NCBI GenBank assembly: GCA_013265495.1
Contig: MU058669.1
Span: forward strand, 1,373,880-1,437,879
Direction: 5' to 3'
Length of the DNA: 64,000 nt
Origin: Vicugna vicugna
Lineage: Eukaryota
The translations under genes and the position numbers were made by a program. The notes under the pieces were generated by a model. The model ran no database searches, was not told the origin of the DNA, and was given only the letters and a program-made list of their open reading frames with translations. The number at the start of each line of letters is the position of its first letter. Positions within the stretch are counted from its first letter, which is position 1. Shown one piece after another: positions 1 through 12,309 of this stretch.

Positions 1-354
1 GGAGCTCTCTCAGTGTGTGATGTAAATTGCGTCTCGTTTTCGCGTCTGTGAAGAAGGAAGGAACTGATTAGGGCTGGCGAAATTCAACCTGTTTTTATTA
101 TCTTGCAATTTCAGAGAAAATATACCTGGGAACCTGAAACCAGAGGGAGAGAAATACCTGATCTATCAGGGCCAAGGAGAGAGAACAAAAATCAGCCAAG
201 CAGACTTGATTGAGGATGATGAAATGTCACGGCAGGTGGTTTCACTAGCGTTCCAGACACGGAGGGGTCTCCTGGCGGGCTGCAGAGTAGACCGTGCAGT
301 TTGGCATTGAGCATTGGCGGGGAGAGGCAAGGAAGGGGTGTTATGTAGATTGAC

Positions 355-535
355 GCCTCAGGCTTTGAAGCTCAACACACTAGGGTCTGCAGTTCTCTCC
401 ACCCTAATAACAGTACAGGAGTCTCTGAGCCCTCGTTGTCTCCTCTGTCAAATGGGGATCAGTATGCCACTGATGTAAACCCGCTGATGGTGCATGACGT
501 ATAGACTGCAATTAGAACATGGAAACGTTAAACAC
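355..535 (+). mobile_element. MIR SINE, degenerate
   Basis: MIR core-like tctctgagccctcgttgtctcctctgtcaaatggggat at about 422-459. Confidence 0.65.
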
Positions 536-1059
536 GTCAGGTCATCACACCCTTGGTAGGGTGACATGTCTGGCTGCTTTTGTTGGACTTTGAGGAAGAC
601 CTCCTGCTGCCTTGGTTTGTTGAAGTTCCTGGATTCTCCGGTACCTGTTTGTCCTTACTGTGCAGATGCTGCCTTGGAGGCAGTCTCTGCCCGCACCCCT
701 CCCACATCTACCCAGCCAGGTCTGCTGAGTCAACCCAGAGCGCCTTTATGAAGGACCTGCAGTGTGGTGTCTGCTGGGGCAGGCCCTCTGGGTTTAAAAG
801 GAGAAATAAGACTATGTCTCTTCTCCCCAGGAGTGCAGGCACAAATAAACAAAACCCACGTGGAAGATGGAAAGCGTTGTGCACGTGTCTGTTGTAGGCT
901 CACCAGGTCCTATGGGACTCACACCTTGCTTTGGAAGGTGGGGGAGGGGGCAAGAGCATCTCTTCCTGCCCCTTCAGACATATTCAGGAAGAGGGGAGCT
1001 GGCACGCAGTACACCAGAAGCTGATTTAAAAGCCTAAGCACATCATTTTTCTCTATACA

Positions 1060-1062
<3 letters not shown>

Positions 1063-1137
<75 letters not shown>
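1063..1137. repeat. Perfect (AC)37 microsatellite
   Basis: Uninterrupted AC run read directly; explains the CVCVCV ORFs. Confidence 0.99.
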
Positions 1138-1138
<1 letters not shown>

Positions 1139-1225
1139 CCCTGCAGGTTCAGACGATTGTTGCTTGCTGCCCCTGTGGGGAGGTGAGGGTAGAGGGTCTT
1201 TGGGGAACTGGAGCATGTATGGTTC

Positions 1226-1876
1226 TGATGCAGGAAAAATGGTTGTGGGGTGTGAGGAAGGCCATGTCCCAGGTCTCGGCTGAGCCCCTGGGACCTGCCC
1301 CGCCAAGTGTGGGTCCTTGGCTTCACGCAGGAAAGAATCCAAGAGTGAGCCACAGTTGAGTAAAGGTAGATTTATTTAGAGAGATACATACTACATAGAG
1401 TGCAGGCTGTTTCAGAAGGTGAGAGAAAGGCCACAAGGTGTGAGAGTTGGGTGATCAGGTTAAATTAAAAGTAGGTACACACTCCACAGACAGACTACGG
1501 GCCGTCTCCAGAAAGGAGGAGAGGCGACAGTAGAGGGCAGTGTTGCCAATTTTTATGGGCTTCGTAGTTTCATATGCTAATAAGTGGAAGGACCAGTCTA
1601 ACTACTCCGGGGTAGGGGGCGGGATTCCCAGGAAGTTGGCCATTTCCCACTCTTTGACCTTTTGTGGCTAGGCTTAGGACTGTCACGGTGCCTGTGGGCA
1701 TGTTATTCACCATGCTAATATGTTACAGTAAGCATATAATGAAGCTCAAGGTCTACTAGAAGTCAAGTCTCCTATCTTGAGCCTCAGGGCCTACTGGGGG
1801 TTGAATCTTTCGCCATCCTGGTGTTAATTGCTGTGTTGTTCCTTGAATGGCTGTGCCCTGCCCCCTTCCTGTCTCA
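1226..1876 (-). mobile_element. Solo ERV1-class LTR (MER4-group-like), about 650 bp
   Basis: TG...CA termini (tgatgcagg / cctgtctca); flanks GTTC (1222-1225) and GTTG (1877-1880) match at 3/4 as a TSD; minus-strand AATAAA at 1371-1376; ccttggcttcacgcaggaaagaatccaagagtgagcc resembles MER4-group U5. Confidence 0.8.
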
Positions 1877-2283
1877 GTTGGGCCACTCAGGGTGGCTGTT
1901 CTCTTGCTCTGCTCCCCCAGTGCCTGCTTCACCCACATCTACTGGCATGACTGACCTTCCTAACCATAGGCCCCAGGCCCCAGCTAGTGATTGTTCTTAC
2001 CAAAGGGACGGTGAGGGGCGTGCGTCTCTGCCAGTTTACCCGGTAAACGATGAGCCGGCCTGACCTCAATTCCTCCTATAACTGCTAACCTTCCCTGCCC
2101 CGGGAGCAAAGATTGCCACCAAGTCCTGCCTGCCATTTGCTACACATGGTCGAGAGTCACGCCAGGACCTTGCTTCAGACATGTAAGCTCCATTGATGTC
2201 TCTGTTGCTGACTCTGGGCTCTTTCCTCTGTCTTGAAGCTGGGTGAGGACAGGTCATACAGGGTTGCAGGGTACCGCCCAACA
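1877..2283 (+). mobile_element. Second solo LTR abutting the first, family not assigned
   Basis: Inverted termini GTTGGGC (1877) and GCCCAACA (2276-2283); about 400 bp; LTR-like U5 gctgactctgggctctttcctctgtcttgaagctgg. Confidence 0.6.
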
Positions 2284-2409
2284 GGCACGTTCTGCAGAGC
2301 AGCAGAACAGGACCACCAACCCTCTCCCACCCTGCCCGCTGGTCTGCCCACCTTGCTTTGTTCTTTCCTTCCTCTTCCCACTGAAGAACAGATCTTGGTG
2401 CTGCGCAAT

Positions 2410-2760
2410 GAGCTTAGGACAGATTTTGTCCTCGAGGAGCTTCCAGTCTATGATTAGATATAAAGAAAGTACAATCTTGCCTTGATGACAGTAGGTACGT
2501 AGTCTCATACAGAATGCAGAAGGGTCACCTCACTGCAACCTGGTGAGAGAGTGAAGGTTTCCCAGAGGACTGAACGTCTGAGCTGAGGGCTAAGCAGTGG
2601 GTAGGGCTCAACCAGTGAGCGCACTGGAAGGACACTTCTCCAGCCTACAGGTCCACAGGGCTGGAACAGAGGGAGAATGACAAGCCATCAGTATGGTTAG
2701 ACAGTGAGCTGCTTTCCAGATGGTGGGCTTTGAGTGCACACTGTAGACAGAGTGCGCTGT
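2410..2760 (-). mobile_element. L2 LINE fragment
   Basis: gtcctcgaggagcttccagtcta and gaaggtttcccagaggac...tctgagctgaggg are typical antisense L2 3' motifs. Confidence 0.6.
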
Positions 2761-3224
2761 GTTGTTAAGATGCTATGATTTGGGTGAGATGTACATCTGC
2801 TCTGGCTATACCTTGCATCAGGAGAATGCCTGAGTCCTCTGGTCGCCTTCCTTTTCTAATAGAAAATGAGCAACCTCAATAACAGAATGAGAAGGAACCC
2901 ATAGGAAGGCTTGGGCATAAAATCATTCCGTATGTAATTACCAAGGATTTCATTCTTAGGCTAACACAGGCACTTCCCTTTCTCCAAAGCTATTAAAAAC
3001 AAACATGTAAATCAACTATACCATAATAAATTGAAAAAGATAAATCATAGAGTATATTCTACCCCCCAAATAAACAGACAAAAACCAGGTCATATCATTG
3101 TTTCTCTGTGATGGTCCAGAGGAGATTGATTTCTCCCATTGGGTAGGGTTAACTGCAGATTCCAGTGGCAAACTAGCCAGAGAATTATGTCTGGAAGGAT
3201 GGCTCCAACTTTGGGTAAAGTAGA

Positions 3225-3425
3225 CCGTGGAGTCAGAGTGCCTGGGAAGGGAGCCGGTTCTGTAGTCCATGAGCGTGGCTTGAGGTAAGTTACTGAACCT
3301 TTCTTGGCCGTCTTATAAATCATGGATAAGTTACTCCATACAGTGTAGGTTTATTGTGAGCTTGAAGGAAGGTGATGTGCCTGGGTGCCTAGAACTGTGC
3401 CTGATGTATACGGAGCCCCACGGAA
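3225..3425 (+). mobile_element. MIR SINE
   Basis: ggagtcagagtgcctggg ... ggtaagttactgaacct ... gcctagaactgtgcctga. Confidence 0.7.
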
Positions 3426-3759
3426 AAGGTGGTTTTAGTGCAGGTGATTATTCAGCTCCACTGGCCGAGAAACTGTCTCTTGAGGGAGAAGCAGCTGGCA
3501 CTAGCTTGTAGGCCCTTGAGCAGTGGGGTATGGAAGTGTCCCAGCTCCACAAGTAGGAGAGCTGAAGGAGGGTGTCTCCTTTTGTGTCTGTTTGTCCTTC
3601 ATGACGCCAGAATGAAAAGCGCCTCTCTGAATGGTCACACTGAAGAGTGTGCGTCTCGGTCCTTGAAAAGCTCTGTCCAAATCCCCTCCTCCGTAATTCT
3701 TACGGGGAGCATTTTTGCATCTGCACTGCTAGTTAACCCAGCACTTCTGCTGGAAGAGT

Positions 3760-5045
3760 CATTCGCAGTAACGCCAGGACACGGTTTACCTTTTCAACTG
3801 TGTTGATGTTTGATAGCTGGTGCAAAAGCAATGGCAGAAACATCACAAAGGGGCCTCAGTGCTCTAGTCAAGGCACTGATGTCACACCGCACAAGAAGCC
3901 ATGGTCTTCCTCACCAGTGCATGTCTGCAGTGTGTTTCCTTTCAAACACCAGTTTCACCTTCGTAGAGCAGTAAAAATTGTTAACATTATTAAATCTAGA
4001 CCTTTTTAATATTTTATATGATGGAATGGCGAGTATATGTTAAGCACTGTAATGGCTGATGAGGGGAAAATTACTCAGACTGTTGTTTGAACTATAAGCC
4101 AGACCAGTAGCTTTCTCATGGAACTCTAGTTAAGCTAAAAAAAAAACCTGACAAACTATGGTCAGGCAAACTTGGGTATTTGGTGGACATTTTCCCCAAA
4201 ATGATCAAAGTGAGCTTGTCACTTCAAGGAAAACAACTCGATAGTGTTTGTCGCTAGTGAGAAAATTTTGATCTTGAAGCAACATTTAGAATTTTAGGAA
4301 ACTCGTGTCTAATTCTGCAGTGAGCCTTTTTTCTGTAATTAGATTGTTCTGATGAGATTAGAGGTGATATTAACAAAGGTGGATTTTTGATATTTTATAG
4401 TAAAATATGTCAACATTCAGAAGATTTGTATTAGTCAGATAAACAATATTTTCCAAAAACATGTTACAGAATCATGAGTGGGTAAAAAAAAATCCATTCA
4501 TAGTACAAGATGGCCAATGGATTTGAAGGAAATAAAGTATCAAATTTCATTAATGGGATTTAGTATTTCATCTTGAAATAAGCCTTAAGAATATACCACT
4601 TGTTAAGTCTTAGTATAGTACCAAAGAATAGCCATAATTACTTTGAAAAGGCTACCAAAGTACCTCCTCCCTTTTACAACTGCACACTATTTGTAAGACG
4701 AGATTTTATCATGTATTTCAATCAAAAGAGCATATCAAAAGAAATATAAGAATACAGCTGTTTTTATTACACCAAACATTAAAGAGATTTGCAAAAATGT
4801 AAAATAGCACAATTACAGCAATGTTTTATTTTGGAAATTATGTTTTTTTAAAAAATTATATTAACATATAATAGATTGAGTATAATTTTAAATATATTAA
4901 TGTATAAATATGTATCTGTTTCAATTCCTAATAAGGATATATTGGTAGATAACACCCCACATAAACAAAAGCTAGTTGGAGCCCCCAATAATTTTTTTAA
5001 GAGTATAAAGTGGTTCTGAATCTAAACATTAAAGAAAACAAATTT
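3760..5045 (+). mobile_element. Charlie1-type hAT DNA transposon with decayed transposase
   Basis: Relic peptides AVKIVNIIKSRPF (end of ORF 3800-4009) and KLWSGKLGYLVDIFPKMIKVSLSLQGKQL (from 4153) match Buster/Charlie motifs; Charlie1 end cataaacaaaagct...aagagtataaagtggttctga; many stops and frameshifts; strand is that of the transposase. Confidence 0.88.
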
Positions 5046-5164
5046 TTAACTGTTGAATATTCTTCCAAATACATCATCATAGAATTCTCAGGAATGTCAT
5101 TTTTATGCATGGTTCTATGGGAAAAACCAAGAGACTGACAAACTGCAGAGTAAGAAAGAGAATG

Positions 5165-5172
5165 AGAGAGAG

Positions 5173-5202
<30 letters not shown>
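5165..5202. repeat. Compound (GA)n(GT)n microsatellite
   Basis: Read directly. Confidence 0.95.
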
Positions 5203-5206
<4 letters not shown>

Positions 5207-5679
5207 GGGGTGTGTGTAGGTTGGAGGGTTATGGGGGAAATCACATCACTTCTCTGCAAAAATTTTCATTTTTTAGAGAGATTTAGTGTGAATGGCTTAA
5301 AATTGTCTTCCCCAGCTTCAGAAAATTCCTTAGATCAATAAGACTATTAGTGTAAAAAGGAACCCCCAAGCAGGATGGTCCTCTAAATACCTTTGTGCAG
5401 ATTGGAAAAGAAGAATTTAACATCTGGACTAGAGCGTTAGACAATCTGGTAAACGTTCATGAGCTTGGACTTAATGAAGCTGTTAGTTCACCAAATAATT
5501 TAACAACTTGCTGAGTTTTCCCCTGGAAAAAAAGATGCTTCTGAATATAATCCTTTCTGGTTGAACTGATTGCTACTCTAGATCCTGTAAGGACCCTAAA
5601 CTTGAATGATGACTTTCTGTGCACCCATTCTTATACACGTCTTGTGTTCTGAACACTTTTTCACACTCAACATCGATTC

Positions 5680-5850
5680 TTAAGTCCTTACAATCCTGGG
5701 CCAGGGCTAGAAAGAGCGTTACGCTTCTCAGATTACTCTTGAGAAGACTGAGGTGTAGACAGGTTAATGACTTGCTCAGGGTCTCAATATGGCCTAACGG
5801 CCTGCTGGTTTCTTTGGTCCTTGACTTTGCAGAGCCCATGTTTTCACAGT
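5680..5850 (-). mobile_element. MIR SINE
   Basis: gagaagactgaggtgtagacaggttaatgacttgctcagggtc. Confidence 0.75.
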
Positions 5851-6384
5851 GGAACTAAACATTGCACACGTGGGCCCACTTGACAGTATGGTGGGGAAAA
5901 TGGAACATAGAGGACAAATTGCTCTCTATTTTCAAAGCTGTCGCTCAGCTGGTCTACGTCACTGAACTTCATTGGAAGTATGTTTGTTTTTTCCTTCATC
6001 ATATGATGATAATACCTCTCAGATTGAAATGTGAAAATTAAAGGAAAGATAGAAGAGGTGAGCACAGTGCTTGCACGGCACCTAAATAGCTGGTCAGTCA
6101 GTGTGCCCTTCTGTCATCATTGGTAAGGGGATCAGAGGTGGGAAAGGGCATCGTGTATTGGGGTCTTCCAGTTCCGTGCCTGTCCCTAAAGTGTGCGTGA
6201 ATCTTTAGTCTGTAAAGGCCAGAAGCAACGTTCTGGGGGAGGGAGTTGTTTTAGAAAGCAGATCTAGGATGAGCAAAGACAAAGTAAGAAGTGTGCCTGG
6301 CACGTGGGGGAAGGGCAGCGAAGGCTCCTGCTCCAGGCTCTAGCAGTTGCACTGGTGTTTGACAGGTGACCTTCCGCACCTTCT

Positions 6385-7920
6385 AGGCTCGCTCCACTTT
6401 CGTCCACACTCTGTTTACATCACCTCACGTCAACTCATGGCTTGAACCACCTGTGTACTGGCTCCCAACTTTGTATCCCTAAGCATACCCTCTTCCTGGA
6501 CCTCAACACCGGATTTTTTTCAATTGCCTTTTGTTGTTGAAGTGTATTTGATTTACAATGTTGTAATAGTTTCTGGGGTTCAGCATAGTGATTCAGTTAT
6601 ACATGTATGTATATTCTTCATGTTCTTTCTTCAATAGAAGTCATTACAAGATGTTGACTACAGTCCCCTGTGACCTTGCTGTTTATCTGTTTTATATACA
6701 GCCGTTTGTATCTGCTGGTCCCAAATTCCTAATCTGTCCCTCACCTCCCTTTCCCCTTTGGTAATCACAAGTTTGTTTTCTATATCTGTAGGTTTATTTC
6801 TGTTTTGTAAATAAGTTCACTTATATCATTTTTGAGATTCCACATATAAATGCTACCATACGATATGTGTGTTGGTCTGACTTCACTTAGTATGGTAATC
6901 TCTAGGTCCATCCATGTTGCTGCAAATGGCATTATTTCATTCTTTTTTGTAGCTAAATAATATTGTGTTATGTGTGTATATGTGTATATATAAACCACAT
7001 TGTCTTTATCCAGTCACCTGTCGATGGATATTTAGGTTGCTTGCAAGTCTTGGCTGTTGTGAACTGTGGGTTTGACCTCTATTGCCACTTGGAATCCTGG
7101 TGGCAATCTTGAAATCAACATATGAGAAGGAGGACTTTGGATTTCCTGTTGCAAGTGTGCTTCTCTCTATTTCAGTAAAGGGCACCATACTCACCCAATG
7201 GCTTAATTCAAATGCCATCTTGACTCTTCTTCTTCCATCTTGCATACAGTCAGTCATCAGATGCTTTCAGTGTAAAGTGCAAAGTATACCTAGGATCTGT
7301 TCACATCTCTTCTTCCCGGTGGCTGTTACCTGACTCAGGCTTCTGTGGCCTTTCACAGGAGTATGGTGATAGTCCTCTAAACCACCCTCTCTCATTGCGC
7401 TCTTGCAACACCCCCCATGCCCCAGGCTACTCTCTGCTATGCAGTCAGAGCAGGCATTTGAAACAGATTCATTTCATTCCCATACTTAAAATTCCAATGG
7501 ATTTCCAATGAATTTGTATTTTAAACTCAAGTTATGTGTTGTTTCCTTCCCTGCCTCTCCCTTAGACCTCATTTAATTGAGGAACACCAGCACCCACCCT
7601 TATTGTCATCTTTTGGTTCTTGGAAAATGACCACATTTAATCCTGTCTCAGGACCTTTGCACTTGCTGTCCCTTTTGTCTCAAATGCTCTTCTCACCAAC
7701 CTTTCCATAGATGGCTTCTAATCAGTGAAGTCACACCTTAACTGTCATTCTTCAGAGAGGGCTTTCCTTATCTCACATTCTAAAGTACCCCATTCCTTCT
7801 TCTGATCATTTTCTAGGCTCTTAGTCTACTGTGTTTTTCTTCTGGTACAGTAGATATTCACTTCTTTCACTGGGTGTCACAGTGTAAAATGTATGGGAAG
7901 CTCTGTTTGACTTGCCCTGG
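6385..7920 (+). mobile_element. L2 LINE 3' region interrupted by an L1 insertion
   Basis: L2 motifs on both sides of the L1: ctcatggcttgaaccacc, ccacttgga...aatcttgaaatcaacata, ctcaggacctttgcacttgctgtccc, cttcagagagggctttcct. Confidence 0.8.
6528..7068 (-). mobile_element. 5'-truncated cetartiodactyl-type L1 (3' UTR plus end of ORF2)
   Basis: T-rich start then ttgaagtgtatttgatttacaatgttg; ctctaggtccatccatgttgctgcaaatggcattatttcattc; ORF 6780-6998 contains KKNEIMPFAATWMDLE.I.LSEV, the L1 ORF2 terminus. Confidence 0.93.
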
Positions 7921-8199
7921 TGGCCCCCCTCTTTCTTTCTTACCTGTGTTGCCCTCATTGTTGGCCCTCCTCCACGTCCATCATTTTGTTCACAGAATAT
8001 CCTAGTCCTGGATCAGTGCTTCTGTCTACGTCCCTTTGTGCATTTCCAGGAGGACAGGATTTGCAGTGTATGGATCGCACAGTTGCGGGTATGAGCACTC
8101 TAGATGGTAGGACTCCTGCGGTACTTTGCCTCTTTATTCTGAACCTGTATTTTTTTTTTTTTTAAGGAACTTTGATCCACGCATCTGCCCTTTCTAACA

Positions 8200-8390
8200 G
8201 GTAATACTTACTAAATCCTTACTATCTAGCTGACACGACCTGTGTTACCGCATTTAATCCCCACACCCACCCTGAGACCTGGGGACGGGGACTCCCCTCG
8301 TTTTACAGTTGTGTGCAAAGGCATGCTTTGAGTTGAGTAGCAGAGTTAGGATTCAAACCTACATCTGTCTTATTTGTAAGCCTATTTTAT
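8200..8390 (-). mobile_element. MIR SINE
   Basis: catttaatccccacacccaccctgaga ... gcagagttaggattcaaacctacatctgtct. Confidence 0.7.
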
Positions 8391-9514
8391 TATCAGACTT
8401 AATATACTTATGGAGCAAAAGAATTCTCCAGTAAGCCCCCAAATCCATTACTTCTGTTAATGAACGTCTCTATCTGTACTACTAAATAAATAATCATTTA
8501 GTAGGTGCAGCACAAAGGATTGTTTTCATAGGGAGGGGAAAAGGACCTGCCTATTCTATATCCTCCTATTTCTTTTCCCTTGGGCTGCCTGGTGCTAAAT
8601 GGTTTTTAAATAGCAATCTAACCACCCACAGAGAGACCTCAATTTACAAATTTTCTTCCTATACATCAGTGCTGTTACTCGTCCCCTGGTTTTGGAGGTC
8701 TGCTTGAGTTTGTGCTTAAAATAATGGATGGCTACAGTTTGTGAGCACAACGCAAGTGACTATATTTGGGAAGGAAAATGTGTTTATATACATACTTTCC
8801 TTTCAGTCTGTTTCTGTGGAGATTAAAAAATATCTGGCACCTGAAGCTGCAGTTGGAGCAGAGAGAACAGAACGCACAGAGCCACAGAATGCCATCGCTG
8901 GAAGGGACCGTGTCTGGGGGTTGGTGACACAGAACACAGGTCCCTTTCTGTGTGGGATCACGTAGCAGGGGAGCGGCTGTGCGGTGGGTTGTCAGTCAGA
9001 GTTTATTCAGCACAGGGGGAGGGCTTACTTTCTCAGCCTGATTTTTCTTCGTTTGTAAAATGTGGTCAGTAAGAGCTCTTCCCCCAGAGGGCAGCTGTTA
9101 CACGTGTTACCCACGTACTGTACATCCTCGTGGCCAACCCACGTGTGCTCAAGGAATGCCGGCTGCCCCCTCCTCTTTTTCTCCTTCCCTTCTTTCTTCT
9201 GCATTATCGTTAAATCTTCAAAGACAGGGTTTTTTAAGCCTTCTTCAAGGGCTTAAATGCGAACGGCTTTGACATACTCCTTCCTTTGATGCTAGAGATG
9301 TGTAATTTGTATTGGGGAGATAAATGATAATTTTTTTGTGTTCTAGTTTTCAATAGATACCATTTCCCCCCTTCATTTTCAAACAAAACCTAGTCTTGGT
9401 GTCTTCACGATCTAGACCATTCTTTGCTCCCATCGTTCCCACAGAATCTCTGGAGTATTCATGAATGGTCAGTCACTGGACTGGTTGTTCATGTGCACAT
9501 AATGACTGACTTCA

Positions 9515-9680
9515 TGCAGAACAGCTAAGGTTAGCATTACCTCCACTCTTGAGTAAGTTAACAGAATTGGTTAAGAAGCTTATCCCAAGGTACATGGCTT
9601 GTAAGAGGCACAGAACTGAGCGGACTTGCAGTCTGGGCTATTCTATCTCTAAGCACAATGTCTTACCCACTGTACCATGA
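9515..9680 (-). mobile_element. MIR SINE
   Basis: ggttaagaagcttatcccaaggtacatggcttgtaagaggcacag. Confidence 0.65.
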
Positions 9681-10594
9681 TATCAGTAGGGACGAGTAAT
9701 ACTTAACCTTCTGTCATATAAAACTGTCATGGAATTAGTTACTTTTTTATGACGTAGATTCTAACCCTTCCACGATTAAGGGATAAGCACCAGAGCCAGT
9801 GGAGAAGTGGATAAGTGAATAAGAAGTGGAGAAGCCAAACCCACCATGGCTACTGTGCCAGCACTTTGACCTGAAGTCGTCCATTGGAGCTCTAGAAAAG
9901 CCTATGATCACCTGTGTTTTAATTCTTAATTGGATTTGTGGACCATTTGTCCTTATGTTCTGCCTCTTCTGTGTAGATACTGTTGGCCTGCAGCTGCCCC
10001 CTTGATGGCAACCTCACATGTGAGGTACCCCTTCTGAGTTGTGCAAGTGTCACATTCCTAATTAATTCCAATGAACAGGACTTCTCTTATCTATGAAGGA
10101 GGGTTGTGCTTTTTCAGTGTAAATATCTCTTGTGCCCCCTATTCCATGAGATGGGTCATACCTTTGAGAAGCTCTTGTTACTGCTCACTTTTTAAACAAG
10201 TATTATTGTATTCCTGAGTAATCCATCACATCTGTAACACCCATGAATTTATGTTCCAAAACTAATATTTTATTATCTTTGCTTCTTGCTCTGTGTTACT
10301 TAACCTACAACAGGGGCATCAGCTTTGCTTGATGAAATTTCACCCATCATTCAGGCTTCACTTCATAATCCCTCTCAGGCACAAAGTCTTTCCTAATCCC
10401 TTCATCTGACCCTGTCCTTCCAACACTTCTCTGCCAAAGACACGCAGAATTACTGGAAAAGACTGCACCTGCCTCTGAACTTCATATCCTGTTGGCTTTC
10501 CCCCTCCTGTGACAATTAACACTCTATTCCTTGTACAGTTACTTCCTCTTGTCCGGTCCTTCCCTTTCATCTGTGCTTTAGCAGTGAAGAGATG

Positions 10595-11195
10595 ATTGTA
10601 TAATTAGGATGCTTTGAGTTTATAAGAAATAGAATATCCAACTAAAATTGAATTACCCAGTGAAATATTCGCTATCTCATTTAACAGAAGTTCTGAGTTA
10701 ACACAGATTTCCAAAATTGCTTAATTCAACTGCTCAGCAATTCTGGGCCTGGTGGTTTTGTCCTGTGAGTCTCTTGATTTTCCCCTCTTAGACTCAAGAT
10801 GGCTTGCACAGCTGTGAACAACACCTCCCCAGAGGTCAGCATTTAAGGAGGGAAGGAAGGAAGTTCCGTCTGTTGCCTCTGTAAACCTGTTATTCATCTG
10901 GAAGGAAACTGTTTCCCAAAAGTTCTCCATTAGAATTTCTCTGTCTCATTAGTCAGGACTGATTGACAAGCCTGCCCCCAAACCACTGACTGGCAAAGGG
11001 AAATGAATGGATTATCACCATTGGTTAAGCTCAATCCAAGTTTAGATCAGTCAAAATGTGTCCTCTGGGGCTGAGGGAGGGGCCCATCTTCGCTGAGCAC
11101 ATTGCCATCTGTCTGACTGCTGAATAAAATTGGAGTTCTATTAGCAATCAAGGAGGAAATGGCTCTATTAAATTGCATCAAGAGTATTTGACTGT
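10595..11195 (-). mobile_element. Old MaLR LTR (MLT1J/K-like)
   Basis: ttaggatgcttt...agaaatagaatatccaactaaa start, caagatggct, cattagtcaggactg, ctgaataaaattggagttctattagc. Confidence 0.8.
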
Positions 11196-11304
11196 ATTGA
11201 ATCTGAGTTCTCTGGATGAAATAGCATTTGCCACAGGTCTGACTTAGTGCTCTCTGCGTTTCTCTCAGTGACTGGTAAGACCTCAGTGAACGCTACTGGA
11301 CATA

Positions 11305-11605
11305 GTCCATTCATTTTCTTCAACAAATACTTATTTATAAATCTATATGATACGACTGTTCTAGCAGTTAGATATACAATGGTGTGTAAAATCTGTTGGG
11401 ATCACTGCCATTAATATAAAAGTAATAGTTAAGCTTACTATGTAGTAGGTACAATGCTAAACACTCGGCATTCATTTTAAAAAATTAATCCTCAAACAAC
11501 CTATAGGATAAGTTCTATTAAAATCATTTTTCTGATTAGAAAATTGACTTCACATAGTTAAGAGTCTTGGCAAAGGTGACAAAGGTAAGCTTTAAGCTAA
11601 GTCTT
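11305..11605 (-). mobile_element. L2 3' tail followed by MIR
   Basis: cattcattttcttcaacaaatacttat (L2 tail); ttaatcctcaaacaacctatagg...gaaaattgac...ttggcaaaggtgac (MIR). Confidence 0.7.
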
Positions 11606-11621
11606 GCATGAATCCTTTTTA

Positions 11622-11623
<2 letters not shown>

Positions 11624-11654
<31 letters not shown>
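11624..11654. repeat. (TG)n microsatellite, about 15 units
   Basis: Read directly. Confidence 0.95.
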
Positions 11655-11657
<3 letters not shown>

Positions 11658-12309
11658 TACATACATGTGTTCATGTGTGTGATAGGTAGACCTGGTTGGA
11701 GTAGTGTGGTCTTTGATTTTATTTTGATTTAAAGGATATTTTTATTATGTTCTCTTGGCCATTCTTAAACTCCATAAAAGTCTCTTTTATGTTCAGGATT
11801 TGGAGGGTAAGTCAGTGTACTTACATGGTGTTTTAGAAGATCCTCTCCTGATTTTGTGGCGTGACTATCTGAGGAGTAAGCTCCTGCTTTTGGGGATTCC
11901 GCTTGGAGACTGGGAAAGCAGATTGAGTCACCATTTTATCTCCTCTTAGTTTGAACCACCTTATGTTGCCATCAGTAACAGGAAAGAAACCTCATGGTTC
12001 AGGGATAAAAGCAAGGTCTAGACAACCGACATCCTTTGTTTTCCCCATACAGCATCTTTAGAAATTGAGCTCTCCATGCCAAAAAGGGGAGCGATAGCTC
12101 CTGCAGTGTGGATTTCCACCCAGTGCTGGAAAACAGGTTGACGAGCCAGCACCGGGTGTGCGAGCCAGCAAGGGCTGACTGCTCACAGGGCAGCAGTCGG
12201 CAGGAAGCGAAGAGCTGCTGCCTGTCTCGGATGCGGCCAGGATACTCAGTTGGCCTCGATGACACACGCTTTTTACAGCTGATCGCTTTACTTACTTGAG
12301 GCGTCTGCT

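Noticed and set aside
919..1353. 144-aa and 99-aa ORFs with CVCVCV runs
   Set aside because: Translations of the (AC)37 microsatellite and the adjacent LTR
12050..12300. Exon-like GC-rich stretch after ttttccccatacag
   Set aside because: Weak donor, no recognisable peptide; cannot be distinguished from regulatory or neutral sequence
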